Shown piece after piece: positions 55,111-64,000 of a stretch of DNA of 64,000 nt (position 1 is the stretch's first letter; each line of letters opens with the position of its first letter). The stretch is from Candidatus Micrarchaeota archaeon (GTDB taxonomy: Archaea > Micrarchaeota > Micrarchaeia > Anstonellales > Bilamarchaeaceae): the NCBI GenBank assembly GCA_018812715.1, contig JAHJCT010000011.1, positions 114,614 to 178,613 on the forward strand, given 5' to 3'. The notes beneath the pieces are model-generated. The model saw only the letters and a list, made by a program, of their open reading frames with translations. It had not been told where the DNA came from and made no database searches. Position numbers and translations under genes: made by a program.

Positions 55111-55312
55111 GCAGGGGTGGCAGAGCGGCCAAATGCGCCAGCTTGAGGAACTTTTTTGGAAAAAAGTTCCACCAAAAACTGATTGTTTATGGTGGTTATC
55201 CAAATAAGTTGCGAAATGTTTAGGAAATAGCAGCCTGTTTTGGTTTCGCTTTTCCTAAAAGCGGAAGGCTGGTGGGTTAGTCCCTACGAGTGTTCGAATC
55301 ACTTCCCCTGCA
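55111..55312 (+). tRNA. tRNA-Leu (anticodon GAG), class II with long variable arm and ~118-nt anticodon-loop intron
   Basis: GCAGGGG-TG-GCA-GAGCGGCCAAA-TGC-G-CCAGC-TTGAGG[intron ~55149..55266](G/A)-GCTGG-TGGGTTAGTCCCTAC-GAGTG-TTCGAAT-CACTT-CCCCTGC-A. Acceptor fully paired. Intron begins with a perfect hairpin AACTTTTTT-GG-AAAAAAGTT. Starts 9 nt after the rpoD stop. Confidence 0.7.
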
Positions 55313-55344
55313 TTTTGATCCACAAGCCAAATTATTCCTCAAAA

Positions 55345-56391
55345 TCAGGGTACAACTTTCCTATCCTTTTCTTTTTTTATATTAATCGCATAAAAGATTT
55401 CTTCACTTAATCCTCTCCTCGTGATTTCTCTACATAGTTGTGGATCAAATTTAAAAAGGCCACTTGTCTGTCTAAGATTATTCTTAGTCATTATAAGAAC
55501 TGCTGCATCAATTATTGCCTTATCACTGAGAAATCTGGAACCCTTCGGTAAAATTACTCCACGTGGCGGCATTATAGATACTAAAGGAATTCTTGTATCT
55601 CCCTCATCCATAATCTCACTATTAATACGCAGTACCAGACCTCTTCGGTATATGTGCTTAACAAGATGCCTATCCCTATCCTGGAGATGACCAATTGTTA
55701 AAATATCTCTATCGGCCAGCTTTCTAAGCGCAGTAGAAATGATATATTCATCGCTTTCTCGAATATATGGATCCGCTTTAGGGCCAGCCCTGCTAGGACC
55801 TCCATATGTACCTCGTTTTTTCTTCACACAATCCATTACCTGTTGCGTGAGTCTTTTTTTGTATAAGATCCCTACAAGATAATTCTCCACTTGCCGAAGG
55901 TCTTTGATTGTCTCATAATTCAAACCAATTATTATATCAACAGCACCATCAATCAATTCTTGGTCTGTAAGCGATTTCCAGTGCTCTTGTGATTTTGGTA
56001 CATAAGAATCTTTAGCTGACAACTGATCATCAGAAGTTTCAAGTGTTGCGGATTTTTTCTGAGTATCACCCCCTATTAGAACTGTTGCATGTAAAGAAAG
56101 AATTGGAGTAATATCAGTTGTTGCAAGTTCACCACTATCAAAAAGCATTTGTACTGCTGGAATGAAATCAGATTCGGCTAACTCTGCAATACTATGTTGC
56201 GCACTTAGTTGCTCTTCACGAGCAGAAGCTTTCACATGAGTCTGGACTGCCGCAGCCATAAGGAGAACTGAAGGAGTTTGCATACACTCCTCCATAAGTG
56301 AATATCTCGTGAACCTTTTCTTGACTTCATCGGAAGCACTCCTATAAATATCTCTTACAGTCCTTCGTAACTTCTTTAGTTGTGGTTGCAT
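55345..56391 (-). CDS. hypothetical protein
   Basis: 348-aa ORF with good coding character. No motif recognised (no P-loop, no Cys cluster). Confidence 0.4.
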   Translation of the reverse strand: MQPQLKKLRRTVRDIYRSASDEVKKRFTRYSLMEECMQTPSVLLMAAAVQTHVKASAREEQLSAQHSIAELAESDFIPAVQMLFDSGELATTDITPILSLHATVLIGGDTQKKSATLETSDDQLSAKDSYVPKSQEHWKSLTDQELIDGAVDIIIGLNYETIKDLRQVENYLVGILYKKRLTQQVMDCVKKKRGTYGGPSRAGPKADPYIRESDEYIISTALRKLADRDILTIGHLQDRDRHLVKHIYRRGLVLRINSEIMDEGDTRIPLVSIMPPRGVILPKGSRFLSDKAIIDAAVLIMTKNNLRQTSGLFKFDPQLCREITRRGLSEEIFYAINIKKEKDRKVVP

Positions 56392-56532
56392 GCTACTAAC
56401 TATGTAACAGAAGATATAAATATATTATCATAATTAACCACTGAATAAATATTACAATCTGCATTTTATTCCAATTTGTTATCAATTTTCGTATAAAAAA
56501 ACCTTTATAAATGATATATTGGTTATGTACTG

Positions 56533-59500
56533 ATGCGATTTACATATTTTGTCTTGATTTTGGCTTTAATTAGCTTGGGATTTGCCATCTCACCTTTGGC
56601 CATTGATGTTCTAGAACCTGCTGGTGATATAGAAATAAACCAAAATAGAATATACAATGTAACTGTTAATGTATCATGTAATGTTGGAGATTGTGGAGAT
56701 GTTAATGTCTCTTTGGATAATTTTCCAACTTCATGTAAAGCAATCTTAGATCTAGGTCAAAGTATTGGCGATGGAGAGTATACTATATACCCAGCCAATC
56801 ATCCTTCTGGAATAGATGTTTATTGTGATATGACCACTGATGGCGGGGGTTGGACCTTGGTATTTGCAGGTATGGGAAGCACCTCAACTTATGCTTCTAC
56901 CTGGTCAGGCTGGTTTTCTGAAGGTTCAACCACAGAAATAACTGATAAAAGCACCGAAGGAAAAAGTCCAGCATATGATAGTGTTACAGTGAGTACTTTA
57001 ATGCTGGAGTCAACTTATGGAACAGACGGAATAATTATCGCAGATTTAGATCAAACTTATTCCAGTCTTCTGGATCTGGTTGGACCTGATCCAGGGTATA
57101 ATGATGGAAGCACTTCCTGGGATAATGGATTAAAAGGGCCATTTACTGCCAATTATCCTCATACTGGTGATCATTTTGTTAATGATTGGATTAGGATATG
57201 GGTTGGAGATGGAGATTATGATGAGCAGGATAGAGTTGTTTTTGCTACCCAACTTGGTGAAGGGGACTGGTCTGGTCATGATAATCCCGGTGCAATTGGC
57301 GGCGAATACCAAACAGCAAGAGATGGAAGTGATTGGTACTACGTATGGGTGAGAGAAGAAGGCACATATGAATCGTATTCTGATGTCATTACGATAAATA
57401 ATGGCGAATCCGAAATCGTAATCTTTTCAGTAAATGCAACTGTTATCGGAAATTACACTTATTATGCTTATGCAGAAGAGGTTTCTAACCCATCTGTCAA
57501 CACAACTAGTAGCACCTGGAATGTAACTGTATATCCCCCTATACAGGTTATTTTTTCATCTCCAGGAAAATATGTTTCTGGCAATGATGTTACCGTAAAT
57601 CTCACCACAAGGTATTTTGTGGAAGGTCTAGACAGTATCTGGTGGAATAATGGAACAGCAAACCAGACATATTCAGGAGAAACTACTGACTATTATCCAG
57701 ATGGGTTTTATACATTTACTGCATATGCCAATGACAGTGCTGGTTATCTGGCCTCAACAATACTAAATTTCAACGTCAATATATGTGGTTTGGAACTTGA
57801 TTCTGATTATACACTTGAATATGATCTTGATTGCAGTGAATATTCTGAAGCTGCAGTTATTATTACTGAAGAAAATGTTACTCTTGATTGTGATGGCCAT
57901 TCAATAATCGGTCCTGGTTATGATACAGGAGTTTATTCCGAGTATGATAATACTATTATACAAAATTGCATTATAAGTAATTTTAATGAAGGTATACAGT
58001 TCTATGATTCTTCTAATGGCTTTATAATCAACAATACTTTTGACTCAAATTATTATGGTCTTTGGCTTGGGGAAAACTCAGATAATAATATAGTTACTTA
58101 CAATACTTTCACTTCAAATGATTATGGATTTTATTTAGAATTTGCCGATAACAACCAAATAGGGCATAACACAGTTGATATGTCGTATTCTAATTTTGGT
58201 GATTCTTCCTGTCCCTTTGTTTATGCATGGAATGGCGAAGAGTATGACTTCATAACTGATTTTTCCAGCAGTGGCAGATTAGCAGCTTCGAGTAAGGGAA
58301 CCCCAAGGGTCTACTATGACTATGTGAAACTTTCAAATGAACAATTAAAACCAGAATCTGGTTTTTACCAAATTCAATTAACAGAAGAATACGATGAAAT
58401 CTCATATGTCGATGAGCTCACATTAATTACAATAGACCATCCATCTGATTATGATGTTTACACTGGATTTACTATGGATGATAAAAGCGATATTTATACA
58501 GTTAGCAAAACTTTATTGCCAATTGAATCATGTGTGGATGAATCAGGGCAGGATTGTACGTCTGAAGTTTCTACCAAGGATGGCATATATACTGAAAAAG
58601 CAGATGGTGTAAATAAAAAAACATTTGAGCTTGATCTTGGTGATCTTTCAGAAGATGTTAAATTAGTTATAACTTATGCAAAAGCTCTCGACCTTGATCT
58701 GGATGACGAGACAAGATCAATTCAGATAAAAAATTCAGAAGGTGTTTGGACTGATTTATATACTCATTCCGAGTTAATCTCTTCTCCAAATGCCCCAAAT
58801 ACCTATGTTCTTGATCTTACTGGGTTATTGGTCTATGATAATTCAGTAAAATTAATACTTCCAGAAGGATTAATTGACTATCTTGCAGTTGATACTTCGC
58901 CACAACAAGAAGTAGTTGTAAACGCATATTCTCCTGATTCTGCAAATCTACACTACCATGGTTATTCTGAAGATATTAGCAACGATGTAGTTGATTATGA
59001 TTATTATTCTCTTGCATCACTTCGAAATAACGAACCCACTGGTTACTTCACTAAATATGGAGATGTTAACGAACTCCTTACTTCAACTGATGATATGTAC
59101 GTTATCATGCACGATGGTGATGAGATTTCAGTTGAATTCCAATACAATGCTCCAGAAGAGGGGATGACAAGAGATTTCCTTGTTTACAGCTGGTATTACT
59201 ACAAACCTGCAAAGAAATTTTTAGATGATTATACTGTTGATCCATTACCATTTGTTGGCATGAGCACTTATCCATATCCAGAAGGAGAAACTTACCCACA
59301 AGATGAAGAACATCAAGCTTATCTTTCGGAATGGAATACCCGATATTACGAAAGACCAATGAGAATGGGCGGCTCATTACCGTATTCCTTCAATAATACA
59401 GTATTTGAAAATACTATTATAGGAAGTAGTTCTGGTTATGGTTTATATCTATACGAGGAAGATTCAACATTGTTGCTAAATAACAATATCTCAGATGTAG

Positions 59501-62094
59501 AGATTGGTATTTATCTAGAGGATTCAAGTTATACTTTAATTAGTGGAAACAATATATTCGATGTCGAAACAGGTATGTACCTTGGTGATTCTGATTATAA
59601 TGAAATCTATGAAAATGAAATAGAAGCTTTTGAGGGCAGAGGAATTAATGTTAGGTACTCTGATTACAATGAAATCTTTGATAATATACTCTTTGTAGAC
59701 AGTACCGATAATTGTGATTATGGCGGACCTGGCTGTGGAGGAATTTATGTCGTTGGCTGTTCTTATGTGAACATAATCACTGACAATGACATTACTTCCC
59801 TTTATGGTCATGGTATTGCTATCGGTGGTTGTGGCGAAGACAACGACTTCATTGGCAATACGCTAACTATAACTAACGATGAAAGCAACTACTACGCATT
59901 CTATGCCTTTGAAGGTGGTGATGGCTGTTCTTACTACAATACTTTCTTACACAACAGAATTTTCAGCGATTACTGGATCTATGATGATTGTGATGGAAAT
60001 GACTATAGCGATGATTATTCAGGAAATATCTACTATTTTGCAGATGCAACTCCAAGCTGGGAAGTGTACGATGATCTTTATGATACTACAGACCCAGAAG
60101 ATGGTTGGGCAGATGAAGGAGATTTTGTACCATTTAGTTATGGTACTTTAGAAGATGAAGATCTGTGGTATGATTATGGTGAAGATTGGCATCCAGCACT
60201 AACAGATGACCCATCCATACATTCAGTTGATGTTGAATTAGTTTCTCCTGAAGATGAAGCACAAGCGTTAAGTCCGATTATTTTTACTTACATACCATCA
60301 GTTGGCTGGGAAGGCCAAACTATCGAAAATTGCGATATAACTGTTCAAACTGTTGAAGGAGGAGAAGTAACTGAAATAGATCCAGGTGAACAAGATGGTT
60401 TAGTTGCTTTATGGCACTTTAACGATGATTATCTTGATTCATCAGGAAATGGCCATGATGGAACTCCTGAAGGTGATACTTATCTCACTCCTGATTCGCG
60501 ACTTGGCGATGGTGCGGTATTTCTAGATGGTGATCTTGATTATGTATCAGTGCCTGATTCAGGTGATTTTGATGATGGCCCTGATCTTACCTTTGCTGCA
60601 TGGGTACATTTTGATGGAGAATCTACAAATTGGAATAGAATAGTTTCAAAACGTCTAGATTGTTGTGATGGAGAACCGGGTTGGGAGATCACTCTCGATG
60701 GTGGTGATGGCACAGATATTTATGTATCTGATAATGGCTGGGGAGGATTTATCAACGGCCAGTGTGTTGACAGCTGGACTGATGGTAATTGGCACCATGT
60801 TGCTGTTACATACGATGAAGATACTGCATCAGTATATTGCGATGGTGAGTTCAAATTTTCAGGAGCAGTTAATTCAATAAGTCCAAATGACCAAGATTTA
60901 CTTCTCGGCAAAATTGAATCAGAAGATAGTACTAGTTGGGTTGGTGCTATGGATGAAGTTGCCATCTGGAATCGTGCTCTCTCAGAAGATGAAGTGGAAG
61001 AACTTTATACTAGCTATACTTACTATACTGACTCTTCCTCTTCAATAGATGAAGGTGAAGAAAATACATTCACAATGGAATTACCTGATGGTGAATATTA
61101 TTGGAGTGTTGAATGTACTGATAATCTGGATATAACTGGAGAATCGGAAACATGGCTTTTAACAGTTGGTGAAGAAGAACCTCCAGAAGAAGATGGTAAT
61201 CCATCTCCTTCAAAACCACAACTTTCAATTGATCTAGATAGTTCCTGTGAAGACAACACAATAACCGTTACAAGCAATGGCGATGAAGTTGCCGGCGTTT
61301 CAGCAACTGTCCTTAATTACGATACTATGACCAACATTGCAAGTGGAAACACAGATGCAAATGGTGAACTGAGCTTCAGTGATTGCGGCAAAACTGTAAA
61401 AGTAAGTGCTTCAAAATCAAATTACAAGTCTGCAACTGGCATATACACACTTGATGACTGCTGTGAAGAAGAACAAGTTGGTTGTATAGATGATTCAGAT
61501 TGTCTTTCAACAAAAGAATGTGTTAATGGTGCCTGCGTTGCTGTTGAATGTGAATGTGGCACAGTTCAAAACCACCAATGTGTTCCATATGACTGTTGCT
61601 TAGATTCAGACTGCAATGAAGGTGAAGTTTGTACTGAACATGCGTGCGTATCGGTTCCTGTTGAGCCAGAATGCACTTCTAATGATGACTGTGCTTCAGG
61701 AATGGAATGTAGTAATGGAATTTGCATTGAAGTCGAACCACCTGAGGATCTTGAAGATTTAGCGACCCAAACAATAAATACTGCTCAAGACGCAATAGAT
61801 ACTGCCAAATCAGAAGGCAAAGATACAAGTGAGGCAGAAGCAAAGCTTGCAGCAGCATGGGCCGCATATGAAGCAGGCAATTTTGAAGAAGCAAAAAATC
61901 TTGCAGAAGAAGCAAAGCAATTGGCACTCAATGCAGCTGCACAACCAGCAAATCAAACAGGAACAGAAATTGAAGTTACTGAAACTCAACAAGACAATAA
62001 TGTCGTCTTTGTAACTGTTTTCTTACTATTGGTATTAGCAGCATTATGCATTTACTGGGTTGTCTCACGAAAACCTGCTAAGAAGAAAAAATAA
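56533..62094 (+). CDS. giant mosaic surface protein: signal peptide, fibrinogen-related domain, beta-helix repeats, LamG/ConA-like lectin domain, Cys-rich modules, TM anchor and KKKK tail
   Basis: 1853 aa. SGIDVYCDMTTDGGGWTLVFAGMG is the fibrinogen C-terminal-domain hallmark. NosD-like beta-helix repeats (NCIISNFNEGIQFYDSSNGFIINNTFDSNYYGLWLGENSDNN...). LamG-like block (LDGDLDYVSVPDSG...LTFAAWVHFDG...WHHVAVTYDEDTASVYCDGEF). C-terminal Cys-rich module homologous to the 48447..50114 tail. TM VVFVTVFLLLVLAALCIYWVV followed by SRKPAKKKK. Confidence 0.65.
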   Translation: MRFTYFVLILALISLGFAISPLAIDVLEPAGDIEINQNRIYNVTVNVSCNVGDCGDVNVSLDNFPTSCKAILDLGQSIGDGEYTIYPANHPSGIDVYCDMTTDGGGWTLVFAGMGSTSTYASTWSGWFSEGSTTEITDKSTEGKSPAYDSVTVSTLMLESTYGTDGIIIADLDQTYSSLLDLVGPDPGYNDGSTSWDNGLKGPFTANYPHTGDHFVNDWIRIWVGDGDYDEQDRVVFATQLGEGDWSGHDNPGAIGGEYQTARDGSDWYYVWVREEGTYESYSDVITINNGESEIVIFSVNATVIGNYTYYAYAEEVSNPSVNTTSSTWNVTVYPPIQVIFSSPGKYVSGNDVTVNLTTRYFVEGLDSIWWNNGTANQTYSGETTDYYPDGFYTFTAYANDSAGYLASTILNFNVNICGLELDSDYTLEYDLDCSEYSEAAVIITEENVTLDCDGHSIIGPGYDTGVYSEYDNTIIQNCIISNFNEGIQFYDSSNGFIINNTFDSNYYGLWLGENSDNNIVTYNTFTSNDYGFYLEFADNNQIGHNTVDMSYSNFGDSSCPFVYAWNGEEYDFITDFSSSGRLAASSKGTPRVYYDYVKLSNEQLKPESGFYQIQLTEEYDEISYVDELTLITIDHPSDYDVYTGFTMDDKSDIYTVSKTLLPIESCVDESGQDCTSEVSTKDGIYTEKADGVNKKTFELDLGDLSEDVKLVITYAKALDLDLDDETRSIQIKNSEGVWTDLYTHSELISSPNAPNTYVLDLTGLLVYDNSVKLILPEGLIDYLAVDTSPQQEVVVNAYSPDSANLHYHGYSEDISNDVVDYDYYSLASLRNNEPTGYFTKYGDVNELLTSTDDMYVIMHDGDEISVEFQYNAPEEGMTRDFLVYSWYYYKPAKKFLDDYTVDPLPFVGMSTYPYPEGETYPQDEEHQAYLSEWNTRYYERPMRMGGSLPYSFNNTVFENTIIGSSSGYGLYLYEEDSTLLLNNNISDVEIGIYLEDSSYTLISGNNIFDVETGMYLGDSDYNEIYENEIEAFEGRGINVRYSDYNEIFDNILFVDSTDNCDYGGPGCGGIYVVGCSYVNIITDNDITSLYGHGIAIGGCGEDNDFIGNTLTITNDESNYYAFYAFEGGDGCSYYNTFLHNRIFSDYWIYDDCDGNDYSDDYSGNIYYFADATPSWEVYDDLYDTTDPEDGWADEGDFVPFSYGTLEDEDLWYDYGEDWHPALTDDPSIHSVDVELVSPEDEAQALSPIIFTYIPSVGWEGQTIENCDITVQTVEGGEVTEIDPGEQDGLVALWHFNDDYLDSSGNGHDGTPEGDTYLTPDSRLGDGAVFLDGDLDYVSVPDSGDFDDGPDLTFAAWVHFDGESTNWNRIVSKRLDCCDGEPGWEITLDGGDGTDIYVSDNGWGGFINGQCVDSWTDGNWHHVAVTYDEDTASVYCDGEFKFSGAVNSISPNDQDLLLGKIESEDSTSWVGAMDEVAIWNRALSEDEVEELYTSYTYYTDSSSSIDEGEENTFTMELPDGEYYWSVECTDNLDITGESETWLLTVGEEEPPEEDGNPSPSKPQLSIDLDSSCEDNTITVTSNGDEVAGVSATVLNYDTMTNIASGNTDANGELSFSDCGKTVKVSASKSNYKSATGIYTLDDCCEEEQVGCIDDSDCLSTKECVNGACVAVECECGTVQNHQCVPYDCCLDSDCNEGEVCTEHACVSVPVEPECTSNDDCASGMECSNGICIEVEPPEDLEDLATQTINTAQDAIDTAKSEGKDTSEAEAKLAAAWAAYEAGNFEEAKNLAEEAKQLALNAAAQPANQTGTEIEVTETQQDNNVVFVTVFLLLVLAALCIYWVVSRKPAKKKK

Positions 62095-62160
62095 TCTAAT
62101 TCTTTAATTTTTCTTAAATTTTGCAAGTTCTGTTGAGTAAAACATACATTTAAGACATCT

Positions 62161-63000
62161 TTGACCACAATACTTTTTATGAGGCAGGTAACTAGACAAC
62201 TTGATAAACGACCAGTTATTATAACAAAAGATAAATGCCCGTTGACCGATACTCTTTGGTTTCCAATAAAACCAGAAGATGCTAGAGAAATGCATTTACT
62301 TGATCTATCTGGAGCTTTGAAACTTTGGCATCCTGGCATAGACTCAAGAATATTTCTTCTTTGTAGAAATGGACAACAAATGGAACGAAGTCTTTCTTCT
62401 AAGAAAATTTTATCTTTTGCTGACATTTCAGATGCGGCAAAACAGGGCTGTGAAGGAATTGTTATTCCGACTACAGCAATTGACATACGTTGGGTAACTC
62501 GTGCTGATATGATAGATAGAAATATTATGGAATTATCAGTTAGATTGGCATTACTAATAACGTATACTAATGAAATTCCAGCGGTTTTAGATCTACATGA
62601 TGCGGATAAGGCCCTGGGGTCCTTGTCTTTACAATTTGGAAACTGCTATCATATGTCCACATTATTAACCGCCATACTTAGAAAAAACGGAGTTCCTGCG
62701 CGTTTAGTTGGTTATGAAGATGAATCCGATGCATCGCCCAAAAATCATTGGTGGGTTCAAGCATATGTTGATTCTGAATGGAGAGATTATGATGCTTGTT
62801 TTGTGCCTGCTTTGTTACAACATGCAGTTGCTCAGGCCACCAGTTCAATTAGAAAAGACAAGACACTTAGAAAAGCCCTTGTATCTGCTGTTATTGATAC
62901 TCTTGAAGAATCAAGAATAAAACAACCAGTAACATTTGTAGAGGATAAAAAATACAGGTATGGTATAGAAGGATTTGTGCCAGCTGAATTTGAATTATAA
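62161..63000 (+). CDS. transglutaminase-like cysteine protease superfamily protein
   Basis: GNCYHMSTLLTAILRKNGVPARLVGY...NHWWVQAYVDSEWRDYD has Cys-His-Asp catalytic-triad spacing typical of transglutaminase-like domains. Confidence 0.6.
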   Translation: MTTILFMRQVTRQLDKRPVIITKDKCPLTDTLWFPIKPEDAREMHLLDLSGALKLWHPGIDSRIFLLCRNGQQMERSLSSKKILSFADISDAAKQGCEGIVIPTTAIDIRWVTRADMIDRNIMELSVRLALLITYTNEIPAVLDLHDADKALGSLSLQFGNCYHMSTLLTAILRKNGVPARLVGYEDESDASPKNHWWVQAYVDSEWRDYDACFVPALLQHAVAQATSSIRKDKTLRKALVSAVIDTLEESRIKQPVTFVEDKKYRYGIEGFVPAEFEL

Positions 63001-63282
63001 ATTTTCAACTCTTAATGTGATACTTTTTGTTCCATCAGAGTTAATCTGAGTTATTTTATATCCTTTAAAATTTATCGAAGGTTTCTCAAAAGGAGACATG
63101 CTGTGAAGGTATTCTGTTTCTTCCATACTTCCTTTTTTTAATTTCAGAGTAACTTTCAATTCTTCTTCGCCTGAATCTTTCCCCATATCCATAGGTAATC
63201 TTTTCACTATGATTTCTTCTACTATTATGCCAAGATCATCTACTTCAAATTTCTCTCCTTGTTTAAGCTTCTTTTCATTCAT
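62995..63282 (-). CDS. hypothetical small protein
   Basis: 95-aa charged ORF, no motifs. Confidence 0.3.
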   Translation of the reverse strand: MNEKKLKQGEKFEVDDLGIIVEEIIVKRLPMDMGKDSGEEELKVTLKLKKGSMEETEYLHSMSPFEKPSINFKGYKITQINSDGTKSITLRVENL

Positions 63283-63320
63283 AAATTACATTCCAATGAA
63301 ACATTTATATATTAAATAAA

Positions 63321-64000
63321 TCAATCTGATCTTCTCTCAGCATTTTGCATAAATTGGATGAGCCTTTGATTAGTTTCTTTAGGATCTTCTATGTGTGGGA
63401 AATGTCCAGATCTAAATAATTCGAGTTCTACATCTGCATTTATTTCTCGAATTACATCATACGTATGTGGTGCGACTAGCGGATCAAATTTACCTGTGAA
63501 AACTGTTGTTGGTACATTTATTTCTGCCATTGCATCGGCAATCTCTCTCCAAATTCTAATCATATTTATTACTGGCACTATCACTGCTGCTGGATTTCTT
63601 TTTGCCATTGTATTTACATTATCCCAGAATTCTTTGTTCGTATCAAGAACTTCTTTTCTAAATTCTGGTGTACTCCCAAGTTCGTTTTCTCTTTTTACTT
63701 GCCAAGTACTTATGAATTCGCTCAACTTCACTGTTGCTCGTGTCATAAATCTAACGAAAGAACCAACTCTGTCGTTGTCTCTTTTAATAACAACATTTAG
63801 GAATTTTAGTAAATTCAGTGATATCTTTCCAATAGCCCCTGCAAGTGTTTTAGCCGGATCCCCTACATTTGCTGGTGCTATTAATGAAAGTGAAAGCAGT
63901 TCTATATTGTGCATTTTTTGTGCAAATTTAGCTACACCTGTCGCAATACCACCGCCCATGCTATGGCCCACTATGTGCAGTTGCATCTTTTTACCCTCAC
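63321..64000 (-). CDS. alpha/beta-hydrolase fold protein (N-terminus beyond window edge)
   Basis: HIVGHSMGGGIATG nucleophile elbow (GxSxG). Reading frame remains open upstream of the track Met to the window end. Confidence 0.6.
   Translation of the reverse strand, partial: EGKKMQLHIVGHSMGGGIATGVAKFAQKMHNIELLSLSLIAPANVGDPAKTLAGAIGKISLNLLKFLNVVIKRDNDRVGSFVRFMTRATVKLSEFISTWQVKRENELGSTPEFRKEVLDTNKEFWDNVNTMAKRNPAAVIVPVINMIRIWREIADAMAEINVPTTVFTGKFDPLVAPHTYDVIREINADVELELFRSGHFPHIEDPKETNQRLIQFMQNAERRSD

Noticed and set aside
55149-55266. Box C/D sRNA hosted in the 118-nt tRNA-Leu intron
   Set aside because: A CUGA is present, but no RUGAUGA C-box or k-turn pairing partner was found. The intron has only a 5' hairpin.

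Overview
AT-rich chromosomal segment from an archaeon, judged from the archaeal informational genes present (RpoN, RpoD, L18e, S24e, S27ae, aIF5A, aEF-1beta, Sm, Hjc, Kae1, archaeal-type NMNAT) and standard stop-codon usage (TAA, TGA and TAG all terminate genes). Housekeeping content is split into two ribosomal/RNAP blocks: L18e-L13-S9-RpoN (minus strand, 2.1-3.6 kb) and Zn-ribbon-aEF1beta-S13-S4-S11-RpoD-tRNALeu (plus strand, 52.4-55.3 kb). Other housekeeping genes are SMC, NMN adenylyltransferase, aIF5A-S24e-S27ae, Kae1, Hjc, TatD, agmatinase, endonuclease III and a UbiA-family prenyltransferase. A near-complete gene set for the archaeal-type (trans-anhydromevalonate phosphate) mevalonate pathway lies at 29.4-37.4 kb: the two AcnX-type phosphomevalonate dehydratase subunits, a UbiD-family decarboxylase, UbiX, isopentenyl phosphate kinase and mevalonate kinase. 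Interleaved in that cluster are a tandem-domain Lrp regulator and an unusual fusion of a ThrRS-editing/DTD2-like domain to a SAM methyltransferase. Three paralogous SAM methyltransferases each sit next to Lrp/AsnC regulators. Four tRNA genes are present and every one is interrupted. tRNA-Thr(GGU) carries two introns, tRNA-Ala(GGC) has an insertion in the D-arm, and tRNA-Arg(GCG) and tRNA-Leu(GAG) have long anticodon-loop introns. The accessory fraction is dominated by giant secreted beta-helix surface proteins: one roughly 2,730-codon reading frame interrupted by a single in-frame TAA, and an 1,853-aa protein that combines a fibrinogen-related domain with beta-helix and LamG-like modules. Other accessory genes are a Kazal-like Cys-rich lipoprotein, a secreted Cys-rich metzincin-like protease, an HprK-like P-loop kinase, an AbiEi/AbiEii toxin-antitoxin pair beside tRNA-Arg, and a frameshifted NPPY-type methyltransferase. 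No CRISPR array, rRNA or obvious transposase was seen.
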